From contig DSCJ01000118.1 of NCBI GenBank assembly GCA_011049175.1, positions 16,392 through 80,391 of the forward strand: a DNA stretch of 64,000 nucleotides. Direction: 5' to 3'. Source of the DNA: Bacteroidota bacterium (GTDB lineage: Bacteria; Bacteroidota; Bacteroidia; Bacteroidales; VadinHA17). The notes under the pieces were generated by a model. That model was not told the DNA's origin and ran no database searches. It saw only the letters and a program-made list of their open reading frames with translations. Position 1 is the stretch's first letter. Each line of letters opens with the position of its first letter. The translations under genes and the position numbers were made by a program. Below are positions 28,784-38,086 of this stretch, in pieces.

Positions 28784-29602
28784 TTAATCAGGAGGATCGG
28801 GAAATACAATGGTATCGCGGTCAACTGCTATGGCACCGAAATACCCCAGTACTTCCGGAAACAAATTGGAATTCGGATTGGCGGGTGTGGTTCCCATGCC
28901 CTGGGTAGAACTGGCCACCACGAAGGAAAGACTGTTGTAATAATCAAAAGTGGGAAAATCCAGGTTCAACAGTTCCACAACAGCCGTATCGCCAGGCAAA
29001 AACGGTTTGCCGAACAGAAAATAATGGATGGACATCCCGTTGTTTAACCGGTCATCCAGTAAATAATAATAGTTGCTTTGAAAATTTCCTTTCAGCACCC
29101 TTAGCCGGTAATAATTTTTTTGCTCCGCCGGGTCGGTAAAATAACAATGGACCAAAAACCCTTCCTCCGAAAATCTTGTGCCACCGAAGTACTCCGGAAC
29201 AAGCGAGTCAATGGCAACCTTGGAGGGCATGGTGGAGACTCCCGTATACACCTCATCTTCAAAGGCAACCCGCAGAGTGTACTTCCGGCCGGGTATTCCC
29301 CTGGCCACATAATTAATATACAATCCGGGTGATTCTTCTATCATGACAAAAGGAGGCCCTTCGTCCCGCAGGATCTGGACTTCCGCTCCGCTGATGACAG
29401 GGAAATGGCCCGTATGAAAATAATCCACTGTAGCAGATAATTTTACAAAGGCATTGCCCCGTTTATCGGTCAATACCCCTTCGATCACAGGCACGGATTC
29501 CGCATCACGAAGGTTTATCTGCACGTGTTCTTCACAGGCCTGGAGCATGACCAGCAGGAAAAGCAGAAAGATAAAATGACGGAAAGACGTTCCGGTTCTC
29601 AT
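28784..29602 (-). CDS. DUF4249-like lipoprotein (partner of the upstream TonB-dependent receptor)
   Basis: Trimmed to ATG 29602, which overlaps the receptor stop at 29604-29606. Lipobox LLVMLQAC. Family call from memory of the receptor+DUF4249 gene pair. Confidence 0.65.
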   Translation of the reverse strand: MRTGTSFRHFIFLLFLLVMLQACEEHVQINLRDAESVPVIEGVLTDKRGNAFVKLSATVDYFHTGHFPVISGAEVQILRDEGPPFVMIEESPGLYINYVARGIPGRKYTLRVAFEDEVYTGVSTMPSKVAIDSLVPEYFGGTRFSEEGFLVHCYFTDPAEQKNYYRLRVLKGNFQSNYYYLLDDRLNNGMSIHYFLFGKPFLPGDTAVVELLNLDFPTFDYYNSLSFVVASSTQGMGTTPANPNSNLFPEVLGYFGAIAVDRDTIVFPDPPD

Positions 29603-29603
29603 G

Positions 29604-31955
29604 TCAGAATTTGAATTGGTACGAAACAGATGGAATAATGGAAAACAAATAAAGCTTGGTAGCATAGGTTATTGTCGGATTATCTTCGTCCTGCTCAAAA
29701 TAAATGGAATAGGCATTTTTACGGGCATAGGCATTGTATATGGAAAAACGCCAGCTTGACCGGTATTTCTTACCGGGCTTGTTTTCCAGCACCATTCCCA
29801 GATCAAGGCGGTGATAAGGAGGCATACGGTATGCGTTTCGTTCCGGATAATAATTCGTTACCTGCCCGTCAATCATATACTTCCCTCCGGGAAAAGTCAC
29901 CGCATTGCCCGTATAATAAACCCATGAAGCTGAAAGGGAAATCCGGTCGTTCAGATCGTACAGGCCCACTAATGAAAGATTATGGGTACGGTCATGCCTG
30001 GCAGGGAAAACATGCCCGTTATTGATGGCTTCAAAGGACCTTTCAGTTTTCGAAAGGGTATAACTAATCCACCCTCTGAGCTTTCCCACGTTCTTTTTCA
30101 CGAACAGCTCCAGACCGTACGACCATCCCCTGCCAAACACCAGCTGCGATTCCACCTGGTCGTTCAGCAGGATATCGGCTCCGTTGCGGTATTCTATCTG
30201 ATGATCCATGTGTTTATAATAAATTTCTGCCGACGTTTCCAGGCTATTCCTGCCAAAATTGCGGAAATACCCCATAGCAACCTGACTTCCGGACTGGGGT
30301 TTTACAATGCGGCTGCTGGGAATCCACAAATCGATCGGAGTGGAAGCTGTGGACTGTGCAATCTGATGAATATACTGGTGGATGTGGGTGTACGAGACTT
30401 TGATCGAATGCGTGGAACCGGTGCGCAGGGTCACCAGAAGCCTGGGATCGAGATGCGGGTAATTGGCAATGATCTCCCCCCTGGCATACCAGGTAGTATC
30501 TGTGGCGAATCCTTCATCAGAAAAACGGTAAACGTTGCCGGGCCCCACCAGGGTGAACATGGAAAAACGCAATCCGTATTTCAGTGTTAAAATATCCCCC
30601 CACTCCGTTTCATGGGAATAATAGGCCGCATGTTCCCGTGCATATTTGGTTTCAAGTTTCTTGTCATGGATGGGGAAATCCCCCCTGGAACTTACCTCTC
30701 CCGGTAAAAAGTGGTGATAATTCGATTTGAAGCCAAAAAACATCGTATTCCCCGGTTTAATATAGTACTGGAAATCCGCTTTCAGATTCCAGTCCCGGAT
30801 AGAAGATGTCAGATCAAATTCAATCCCTTCATTCACAACTTCAAATACATAATTGTAATTACTGTATACGAAGGAGGTATTAAGAAATAATTTCTCATTG
30901 AACAGATGATTCCATCGAAGGGTGGTGGTAAAATTCCCCCAGTCAAAACCGAAATAATTCCTGAACCGGAAAACATCCCTGCCCCAGTAACCCGACACAT
31001 ACAACCGGTCGTTGTTCCCCAGCCGGTAATTGGCTTTGAGATTAAAATCATAGAAATACAGCACATTGTTTTTTATCAGGCTGTCCGGCGAAAGTCTGAG
31101 GAAAAGATCGGCATAGGTTCTTCTTCCCGACACAATCAGCGAACCCCGGTCTTTTTGCAGGGGTCCTTCCACCATCAACCTCGAGGAGATCAGGCCCAGC
31201 CCTCCGGAAACATTCCATTTCTTCATGTTCCCCTCACGCATTTTTACATCCAGAACCGATGACAACCGGCCTCCGTATTCCGCAGGAACCCCGCCCTTAA
31301 TAACGGATACGTCTCTAATGGCGTCAGAATTGAAAATAGAAAAGAAGCCCAGAAGATGGGAAGCATTATACACCGGGGCTTCATCCAGGAGAATAAGATT
31401 CTGGCTGATATCCCCGCCACGCACAAAGAAACCGCTGTTTCCCTCGCCGGCCGACTGAATTCCCGGCAGCAACTGGATGGTTTTCAACACATCCAGCTCA
31501 CCAAAAAGCACCGGAATGGTTTTAATTTCACGGGTATCCAGATTGGTAACACTCATTTCGGAATAAGTAACATTCCTGTCGGCAATGTCCCCTGTAACAA
31601 CCACTTCGTCAATAGGGTGGGTAAAGGGGCTCATCTCCACATTCCGGGATTCATTTTTTTTCAGAACCAGGGTTATCATTTTTTCACGATAACCCAGATA
31701 ATTGAACCGTACCCGGTATGTTCCGGCAGGAACGCTCAACGAGTAAAAACCGTACACATTGGTAATCGTGCCTTCGCCGATCTCTTCCAGGTAAACAGTC
31801 GCACCGATGAGTTCTTCCCCGGTAAGTGAGTCTCTGACAAATCCACTCATGGTAACCACCTGCTGACCAGAACCCTTTACATGAAAAGCATACAGGAAAA
31901 ATGCCATTCCTGCCCAACGGATAAAAACATACAGTATGGGATTTTTCTGCCTCAT
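29604..31955 (-). CDS. TonB-dependent receptor with an N-terminal CarboxypepD_reg-like domain
   Basis: Signal peptide, then GFVRDSLTGEELIGATVYL (carboxypeptidase-regulatory fold). Plug region (DEVVVTG ... GFFVRGG) and a long barrel ending SVSYQFKF. Confidence 0.9.
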   Translation of the reverse strand: MRQKNPILYVFIRWAGMAFFLYAFHVKGSGQQVVTMSGFVRDSLTGEELIGATVYLEEIGEGTITNVYGFYSLSVPAGTYRVRFNYLGYREKMITLVLKKNESRNVEMSPFTHPIDEVVVTGDIADRNVTYSEMSVTNLDTREIKTIPVLFGELDVLKTIQLLPGIQSAGEGNSGFFVRGGDISQNLILLDEAPVYNASHLLGFFSIFNSDAIRDVSVIKGGVPAEYGGRLSSVLDVKMREGNMKKWNVSGGLGLISSRLMVEGPLQKDRGSLIVSGRRTYADLFLRLSPDSLIKNNVLYFYDFNLKANYRLGNNDRLYVSGYWGRDVFRFRNYFGFDWGNFTTTLRWNHLFNEKLFLNTSFVYSNYNYVFEVVNEGIEFDLTSSIRDWNLKADFQYYIKPGNTMFFGFKSNYHHFLPGEVSSRGDFPIHDKKLETKYAREHAAYYSHETEWGDILTLKYGLRFSMFTLVGPGNVYRFSDEGFATDTTWYARGEIIANYPHLDPRLLVTLRTGSTHSIKVSYTHIHQYIHQIAQSTASTPIDLWIPSSRIVKPQSGSQVAMGYFRNFGRNSLETSAEIYYKHMDHQIEYRNGADILLNDQVESQLVFGRGWSYGLELFVKKNVGKLRGWISYTLSKTERSFEAINNGHVFPARHDRTHNLSLVGLYDLNDRISLSASWVYYTGNAVTFPGGKYMIDGQVTNYYPERNAYRMPPYHRLDLGMVLENKPGKKYRSSWRFSIYNAYARKNAYSIYFEQDEDNPTITYATKLYLFSIIPSVSYQFKF

Positions 31956-32138
31956 AGCCTTTCTATAAACGGGATTCCCCCTCTCCGCCTGTCAAATCTT
32001 TGTCGAAAATATGGATTTATCATTTATTCCCCTCTAAAATTCCGGGGAAATATCTCTTCCGGCTTTCCGGAATAACGAACAATCATTATCTTTAACTATC
32101 AGGCTTCCCTTTTCTGAAAACAAATATCATGGGTTACC

Positions 32139-33347
32139 ATGGGAAGGCAGTATAAAACGCAGATCATTGTCGGATTGTTCAGCCTGCTGGTTTTTACCGC
32201 GCTGACCACCTGGTTTTTTCTTACCCCCGGATTTTTCCTGTACGGATCATTGTCGGCATTTCTCCTGGTGATTTTATCCGTATGGTTTTATCGCTTCCTT
32301 CTGCAAACCAAACGTGATCTTCGTCAGTTTCTGATGTCTTTTGACATAGAAAAATCCGAAGCAAGCGGAACCAGTCGTATGCTGAGGCATTCAAAAGACG
32401 ACCTGAACACGGCCTATCATCAAATACTTCAGGCACTTGAAAAGCATATCAATGAAAAGGTGGGAGAGACTCAACTTTTAAAAGAAGTATTTGATCATAT
32501 TGATTCCGGCCTGATCGTGATCAACGAATTCGATCAGGTGGTATTTCTGAACCGTTTTACTAAAAATCTTCTTTTTAATCCCGATCTGAAAAACATGTCG
32601 GGCCTGGCCCGAATCGATCCCTACCTGGCTGGTACCATGAAAATACTGGAGGATAACCACCGTACCCGTGTCATGATCATGGTAGAAAACGAACCCAGGG
32701 AATTCATGATTCACCTGAAAGTAATGGAATACCAGGGCTCCCGTCTCCGAGTGTTTACACTCAATAACATAAAAAGGGAGATCCGGAAAAGTGAACAGGA
32801 TGCCTGGAACAAAGTGCTCCAGAACCTGGAGGCCCGCCTGAAGGAAGATAAATTCCATCTGGAAGAGGCTCTTACTGTATTCAATCAAAAGATCAAATAT
32901 AATAGTGTAAAAATATTTGTATCAGATCTTTTTGATAATATCATTGAAAATTCTTCCTCCCTGTTCCCGGAACCCGAACAGGTTTTTCATAAGCGCCTGT
33001 CAAACATCGATCTTTCTATAACTGCTGATAGATCGGTGATCATGAATATTTTTGCCGAACTGATAAAAAATGCGGCCGATGCCCTGGCCGGCCAAAAAAA
33101 TCCTTCCATCACGCTGCATGCCGAACTGGACCTGTCATGTCAGGTTCAGCTGGCAATTGAAGATAACGGGGAGGGTATTGTAGCTGAAATCCGGGACTGG
33201 ATCTTTGTTCCCTTTTTCACAACCCGAAAAGGCCGCTGGGGGCTGGGACTCAGCAAAGCACGGAAATGGATTGACGCCATGAACGGCACCATTGATGTTC
33301 AGGGCAATCCCGGAACAGATACAAAATTTATTCTGCGTTTTATGTAA
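32139..33347 (+). CDS. histidine-kinase-like ATPase (2 TM + PAS-like + HATPase_c) without a recognisable H-box
   Basis: N-box ELIKNAADA, G1 EDNGEGI, F/G2 FVPFFTTRKGRWGLGLSKARK. Where related kinases carry AW.KL...THEI.N, this ORF reads AWNKVLQNLEARL. Confidence 0.75.
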   Translation: MGRQYKTQIIVGLFSLLVFTALTTWFFLTPGFFLYGSLSAFLLVILSVWFYRFLLQTKRDLRQFLMSFDIEKSEASGTSRMLRHSKDDLNTAYHQILQALEKHINEKVGETQLLKEVFDHIDSGLIVINEFDQVVFLNRFTKNLLFNPDLKNMSGLARIDPYLAGTMKILEDNHRTRVMIMVENEPREFMIHLKVMEYQGSRLRVFTLNNIKREIRKSEQDAWNKVLQNLEARLKEDKFHLEEALTVFNQKIKYNSVKIFVSDLFDNIIENSSSLFPEPEQVFHKRLSNIDLSITADRSVIMNIFAELIKNAADALAGQKNPSITLHAELDLSCQVQLAIEDNGEGIVAEIRDWIFVPFFTTRKGRWGLGLSKARKWIDAMNGTIDVQGNPGTDTKFILRFM

Positions 33348-33358
33348 CATTTTTTGCT

Positions 33359-34003
33359 ATGCACGACCCTATAGGTTATTTCCATTCTGTCCGCCTGAGA
33401 GCGGGCTTCCTCCTTCTGATCCTGTCATGGCTTTTACTGCTTACCGGGTCATTCTTTCTCCCCCAAAAATACTTTCAACTTGAATACCAGAGCAGGGTAA
33501 GAGAGGAAGAATCAGGAACCGTTTCCCGGGAGATCAGAAACCTTCAGGATGAAGCCCAGATAATCAACGAACAGGTGGTACAGTCCAACAATGAATTGAA
33601 TGCCCTGATCCGGAAATCCAATGAGATCAATAACCGCGTAAGCGAATGGCTGGAGGGAGCCCTTTCCAGTCCCGCCCTCCGCGACAGTATCGACAGTCTT
33701 TACCAGTTCCAGGTCCAACGCATCGAGCCTTCCATCGATTCGGTAAACACCGTTTTTAACGAAAAAACCGACCTCCTCGTGGAACAACTCACAGAGATCA
33801 GGCATCTGAAACAGGAAATACATATTCACGAAGCCGCCATTCTGATGTATAAACACCATTTGTCCGCCCTGCGTATTCTGGGAGGTTTCCTTCTTTTCAC
33901 CACACTGGCCGGTTTGCTGACAGGGGCGATCCTGTGGATCGGCAGTCTGCAAAAATGGAGGCGTCACATAAAACATGCTGTTGCCGGCTCCGGCAAGGAA
34001 TAA
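33359..34003 (+). CDS. hypothetical 2-TM protein with a central coiled coil
   Basis: Starts 11 nt after the previous stop. TM1 FLLLILSWLLLLTGSFFL, ~130 aa of heptad-like Q/E/N/L-rich sequence, then TM2 ILGGFLLFTTLAGLLTGAILWIG. Confidence 0.55.
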   Translation: MHDPIGYFHSVRLRAGFLLLILSWLLLLTGSFFLPQKYFQLEYQSRVREEESGTVSREIRNLQDEAQIINEQVVQSNNELNALIRKSNEINNRVSEWLEGALSSPALRDSIDSLYQFQVQRIEPSIDSVNTVFNEKTDLLVEQLTEIRHLKQEIHIHEAAILMYKHHLSALRILGGFLLFTTLAGLLTGAILWIGSLQKWRRHIKHAVAGSGKE

Positions 34004-34012
34004 ACACATTCC

Positions 34013-34441
34013 ATGAACCATCCCGCCGATTTTATTGAAAAAGCTGCCCAGGTAACCGAATTTTTCGGTCACTGGCCTGCCTTCAGGGGCTCGGAAGTAA
34101 TTTCTGTCTTCTTCTACAGAAATTATCCGATGGAACCCAAAGCCCAGATGCGTTTGTATGTGACAGAAAAAAGTCCCGGAAGTTTTATTTTTCCCCGTCT
34201 GGGAAAAACCAAGCAGGCCCTGCTGGAGGTGGAGTTTCTTGACATTGTCAACACCCTTTTTACCGGCTTCAACTCCCTGAATACCCTTGCTGAAATCAGG
34301 TTTTTACGTACCGGGAATATCCTCCGCACGGAATTTATTCCCTCCAATGGGGTAAAAATCATTCTGGAGTCCAGGCGGATCCGCATACGCAGCCTGAAAA
34401 AACTTGAAGAAGATCCCAAAGACACCCTGGATAAATTCTGA
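34013..34441 (+). CDS. small hypothetical protein, possibly immunity-protein-50-like
   Basis: Starts 9 nt after the previous stop. FFGHWPAFRGSEVISVFF and LEVEFLDIVNTLFTGFNSLNTLAEIRF resemble the FG.WPSFHDAEI ... GFN.QN pattern I recall from Imm50-type proteins. Recollection only, no search run. Confidence 0.5.
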   Translation: MNHPADFIEKAAQVTEFFGHWPAFRGSEVISVFFYRNYPMEPKAQMRLYVTEKSPGSFIFPRLGKTKQALLEVEFLDIVNTLFTGFNSLNTLAEIRFLRTGNILRTEFIPSNGVKIILESRRIRIRSLKKLEEDPKDTLDKF

Positions 34442-34512
34442 TCCCTTCCTCCAGCAAGCAGGAACAGCCTTGGCAGATTGAAAATGGCGTTTTTTTTTTG
34501 CCCGATTTATTT

Positions 34513-34520
34513 TAGTTTTG
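34513..34520 (+). promoter_or_regulatory. candidate -7 promoter box TAGTTTTG for the phosphofructokinase gene
   Basis: TAnnTTTG match 63 nt upstream of ATG 34583. Confidence 0.35.
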
Positions 34521-34582
34521 TGAGGTTTATCTGAAACATTCCTGTATCCGTAACCTTATTAACCATCAATATCTGACTGACC

Positions 34583-35788
34583 ATGGCAAATGTGAAAAAA
34601 AACAGAGGAGTAATTGCAATTCTGACCGGCGGCGGGGATGTTCCTGGCCTGAATCCCGCCATCCGTGCGGTCACCATCCGTGCAAACAGAGAAGGATACA
34701 AAGTGCTCGGCCTCCGCAGGGGATGGGCCGGTATTACCGAGATCATCCGGGATAAAAAAGCCGACAATTCAAACAACTTTATCGAACTGACCGACGATAT
34801 GGTTAACAAGGCCGGCCGTACCGGCGGCACCTTTCTGCATACCAGCCGAACCCGTCCCAGCCATATGAGCAAAGACAGTGTTCCCGATCACCTGAAGGAA
34901 AACTATAACAAAGAAATGAACGATCTCACCCCGGAGGTGATAAAAAACCTGGAATGGCTTGGAGTGGACTATCTGATCCCCATCGGGGGAGATGATACCC
35001 TGAGTTATGGAGTAAGGCTTTACCAGGAAGGAGTCAAGGTAGTGGCCATTCCCAAAACCATGGACAATGACGTACCCGGCACCGATTATTGTATCGGCTT
35101 CAGCACCTGTGTCACCCGAACCATCAGTATGACCAATATGCTGAGAACTTCAGCGGGTTCACATGAACGCCTGCTGGTGCTGGAAGTTTTCGGCAGATAT
35201 GCCGGATTCACCGCCATGCTTCCCACCATGGCCGGAGCAGCCAATCGCTGTGTGATACCCGAATACAAATTCGATATAGATCACCTGTGCCGCCTCCTGG
35301 TGGAAGACAGAAACCGGAATCCCAGTAAATATGCCGTGTTGCTGATCAGTGAAGGAGCCATGTTCAGGGGAGGTGAAATGGTATTCACCAGCCATGAGAA
35401 AGATGCATACGGACACGCCAAGCTGGGAGGTATCGGCGACCTGGTGTCACATGAGCTGAAAAACCTATCCGCCAAATACAACAACGGGAAAATCATCAAT
35501 GTGATCAACCAGAAGCTCGGCTACATGGTCAGGGGTGGCGATCCCGACGCTGTCGATTCCATCGTGCCCATGGCATATGGAAATCTTGCCCTTGACCTGA
35601 TCCTGAAGAACATACACGGCCGCCTGGTAGTGCTGCAGAATGGAAGGTACGACAACGTTCCCCTCGATGTGGTCACTTCCACGAAAAAAGTGGTTAACAT
35701 CAAGGAATATTACAACACCGAAAGACTGAGACCGTTCTACCATAGTTTCGAAATGAAACCCTTTTTCCTCATGGCAGCCGAACAATAA
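34583..35788 (+). CDS. pfp: 6-phosphofructokinase, predicted pyrophosphate-dependent
   Basis: PFK family motifs TGGGDVPGLN, IGGDDTLSYG and PKTMDNDV. Asp and Lys sit at the positions equivalent to E. coli PfkA Gly104 and Gly124. Confidence 0.85.
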   Translation: MANVKKNRGVIAILTGGGDVPGLNPAIRAVTIRANREGYKVLGLRRGWAGITEIIRDKKADNSNNFIELTDDMVNKAGRTGGTFLHTSRTRPSHMSKDSVPDHLKENYNKEMNDLTPEVIKNLEWLGVDYLIPIGGDDTLSYGVRLYQEGVKVVAIPKTMDNDVPGTDYCIGFSTCVTRTISMTNMLRTSAGSHERLLVLEVFGRYAGFTAMLPTMAGAANRCVIPEYKFDIDHLCRLLVEDRNRNPSKYAVLLISEGAMFRGGEMVFTSHEKDAYGHAKLGGIGDLVSHELKNLSAKYNNGKIINVINQKLGYMVRGGDPDAVDSIVPMAYGNLALDLILKNIHGRLVVLQNGRYDNVPLDVVTSTKKVVNIKEYYNTERLRPFYHSFEMKPFFLMAAEQ

Positions 35789-35817
35789 GCCATGCAGAAT
35801 ACCGATCCCATCATACA

Positions 35818-35852
35818 GGCAATTCCCCGCTCCGGGATTTGCCTTTTTTTTT
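35818..35852 (+). terminator. Rho-independent terminator after pfp
   Basis: Stem GGCAATTCCC/GGGATTTGCC (9 of 10 pairs) with a 6-nt loop (35818-35843), followed by nine T (35844-35852). This argues that the next gene starts at 35876, not 35792. Confidence 0.75.
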
Positions 35853-35875
35853 CTAACCTCTACGCACAGAGCACC

Positions 35876-37582
35876 ATGAAAACATTGCTGAATTACCTGC
35901 GAGTTGTCCCGGCCATGTTTCTGGGATTTTTTTTCCAGCTTCCCGCCTGCCTTACAGAAACACAGGAAACCCCTGTGCAGGCGGTTATCGACTCGGTGGT
36001 ATTATACCACAACCCAATGGGACTTGAATTCACGGAAGAAGAAATCCAACTGATGGAAAGGGGACTGAAAAACCAGCTCGAAGCTTACCAGACCATGCGT
36101 GAATACGAGCTGGATAACGCCGTACCTCCGGCCCTGCGTTTTGATCCGGTTTTTTCCCGCATCCGGAAACCCAAGGCCAACGACTCTGATCCCTGGGAAA
36201 TTCCTGAAGAAACCGGGTTGCCCGAACCCCTGAATGGCCTTGCCGCCTATACCATCCCTGAACTGGCATCCCTTATCCGCTCAGGAAAGATCCGTTCCGT
36301 GGAGCTGACCCGCTTTTTCCTTGACAGACTGAAGAAATACGATCCTCAGTTACATGCCGTAATCACATACACCGAAGAATATGCCCTGGAATATGCCCGG
36401 AAAATGGATGAGGAGCTTGAAGCCGGAAAATGGAGAGGCCCTCTGCACGGGATCCCTTATGGAATCAAAGACCTGTTTTCCTTTCCGGGTTATCCAACCA
36501 CCTGGGGAGCAGGGGCATACCGGGATCAGACACTGGACGAAAAAGCCACCGTGATAAGCCGGCTGGAAGAGGCCGGAGCGGTACTGGTGGCCAAACTTTC
36601 CCTGGGATCCCTGGCCATGGGCGACGTATGGTTCAATGACACCACACGGAATCCGTGGAACCTGGAACAGGGTTCCAGCGGATCCTCGGCCGGCTCGGCG
36701 GCAGCTACGGCGGCAGGACTGGTCCCGTTTGCCATCGGTACGGAAACCCTGGGATCCATTGTTTCTCCTTCCACACGATGCGGAGTGACCGGACTGCGCC
36801 CGTCTTTCGGACGGGTGAGCCGGCACGGGGCCATGGCCCTGAGCTGGAGCATGGACAAGATCGGCCCCATTTGCAAAAACGCGCACGACTGTGCCATTGT
36901 TTTCCGGGCAATCCACGGCCCCGATTCCCTGGATCTGACAGTTAAAGACCACCCGTTTCATTATCCGGGAAAAGTGAACCTGAAAGATATGAGAATCGGG
37001 TATTTCCGCGAGGCTTTCGATGCCGACTACCGGGGCAGAGATAACGATATCAAAAGTCTGGAAGTATTGCAGGAGCTTGGGGCAAGGCTTATTCTCTTCC
37101 GTTTTCCCCAGGACCTGCCCGTTGAGTCCCTGAACATTATCCTGTATGCAGAGGCTGCAGCAGCTTTCGATGAGCTTACCCGCAGCAACCGCGATACCCT
37201 CCTGGTAAGACAGGATATCTGGGCCTGGCCCAATATTTTCCGTACTGCGCGGTTTATCCCTGCCGTTGAATACATACAGGCAAACCGTTTCAGGACCCTG
37301 CTGATGGAAAAAATGAACCGGCTTATGAAAGAGGTTGACGTGGTGGTTACTCCTTCCTATGGTGGAAATCAGCTGCTGATCACCAATCTGACCGGACATC
37401 CCTGTGTGGTGGTGCCGAACGGTTTCGATCAGGATAACAGCCCTACCAGCATTTCATTTATCGGGAATCTCTTCGACGAAGGAACCCTGCTGGCCGTGGC
37501 CAGGGCCTACCAACAAGCTACCCCTTTTGACGAAATGCGGCCGGGATCTTTTCTTTCCGGCTTATCCGGACCGGATGAATAA
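35876..37582 (+). CDS. amidase-signature family amidase, probably exported
   Basis: Trimmed to ATG 35876 (MKTLLNYLRVVPAMFLGFFFQLPAC, signal/lipobox-like). AS motifs GIKDLF and GSSGSSAGSAAATAAG, with the Ser-cisSer-Lys context present. Confidence 0.85.
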   Translation: MKTLLNYLRVVPAMFLGFFFQLPACLTETQETPVQAVIDSVVLYHNPMGLEFTEEEIQLMERGLKNQLEAYQTMREYELDNAVPPALRFDPVFSRIRKPKANDSDPWEIPEETGLPEPLNGLAAYTIPELASLIRSGKIRSVELTRFFLDRLKKYDPQLHAVITYTEEYALEYARKMDEELEAGKWRGPLHGIPYGIKDLFSFPGYPTTWGAGAYRDQTLDEKATVISRLEEAGAVLVAKLSLGSLAMGDVWFNDTTRNPWNLEQGSSGSSAGSAAATAAGLVPFAIGTETLGSIVSPSTRCGVTGLRPSFGRVSRHGAMALSWSMDKIGPICKNAHDCAIVFRAIHGPDSLDLTVKDHPFHYPGKVNLKDMRIGYFREAFDADYRGRDNDIKSLEVLQELGARLILFRFPQDLPVESLNIILYAEAAAAFDELTRSNRDTLLVRQDIWAWPNIFRTARFIPAVEYIQANRFRTLLMEKMNRLMKEVDVVVTPSYGGNQLLITNLTGHPCVVVPNGFDQDNSPTSISFIGNLFDEGTLLAVARAYQQATPFDEMRPGSFLSGLSGPDE

Positions 37583-37627
37583 AATCTTCTGTATATCAAC
37601 TATTAAACCAATTGAACAAAGATAAAA

Positions 37628-38080
37628 ATGAGAGTTGTTATTCAACGGGTCAGCAAAGCTTCGGTTCGTATTGAAGGACAGACCACAGGACAGATTGACC
37701 GGGGTCTCCTGGTTTTGCTGGGCATTGAAACCCGCGACGAGATGACCGATGTGGAATGGCTGGCGAAAAAAATCGTTCAGCTCCGGATTTTTGACGACCG
37801 GCAGGGTGTAATGAACCTGTCGGTGAATGAAGTAGATGCCGGTATCCTGGTGGTTTCCCAGTTCACCCTTCATGCCATGGTAAAAAAAGGGAACAGGCCT
37901 TCCTACATCAGAGCAGCCCGACCTGAACAGGCCATACCCCTATACAAGGCCTTTGTGAACTGCCTGGAAACCTATACCGGTAAGAAAGTGGCCACCGGAG
38001 AATTCGGAGCCGTCATGCAGGTGGAGCTTATCAATGACGGGCCGGTTACCATACTTATAGACAGCAGGAACAAGGAATAA
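37628..38080 (+). CDS. dtd: D-aminoacyl-tRNA deacylase
   Basis: MRVVIQRV..., SQFTL, GEFGAVMQVELINDGPVT. Length 150 aa. Confidence 0.9.
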   Translation: MRVVIQRVSKASVRIEGQTTGQIDRGLLVLLGIETRDEMTDVEWLAKKIVQLRIFDDRQGVMNLSVNEVDAGILVVSQFTLHAMVKKGNRPSYIRAARPEQAIPLYKAFVNCLETYTGKKVATGEFGAVMQVELINDGPVTILIDSRNKE

Positions 38081-38086
38081 CATATA

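Noticed and set aside
31956-32138. Possible riboswitch (for example cobalamin) in the 5' leader of the TonB-dependent receptor
   Set aside because: Only two 6-bp hairpins are visible. I saw no B12-box-like or other conserved riboswitch core sequence.
36350-37399. 349-aa ORF antisense to the amidase gene, plus nested ORFs at 36526..36897 and 36705..36911
   Set aside because: The amidase-signature motifs are on the plus strand. The antisense products are R/G/P-rich and overlap one another, which is typical of shadow ORFs in the GC-richer part of the window.
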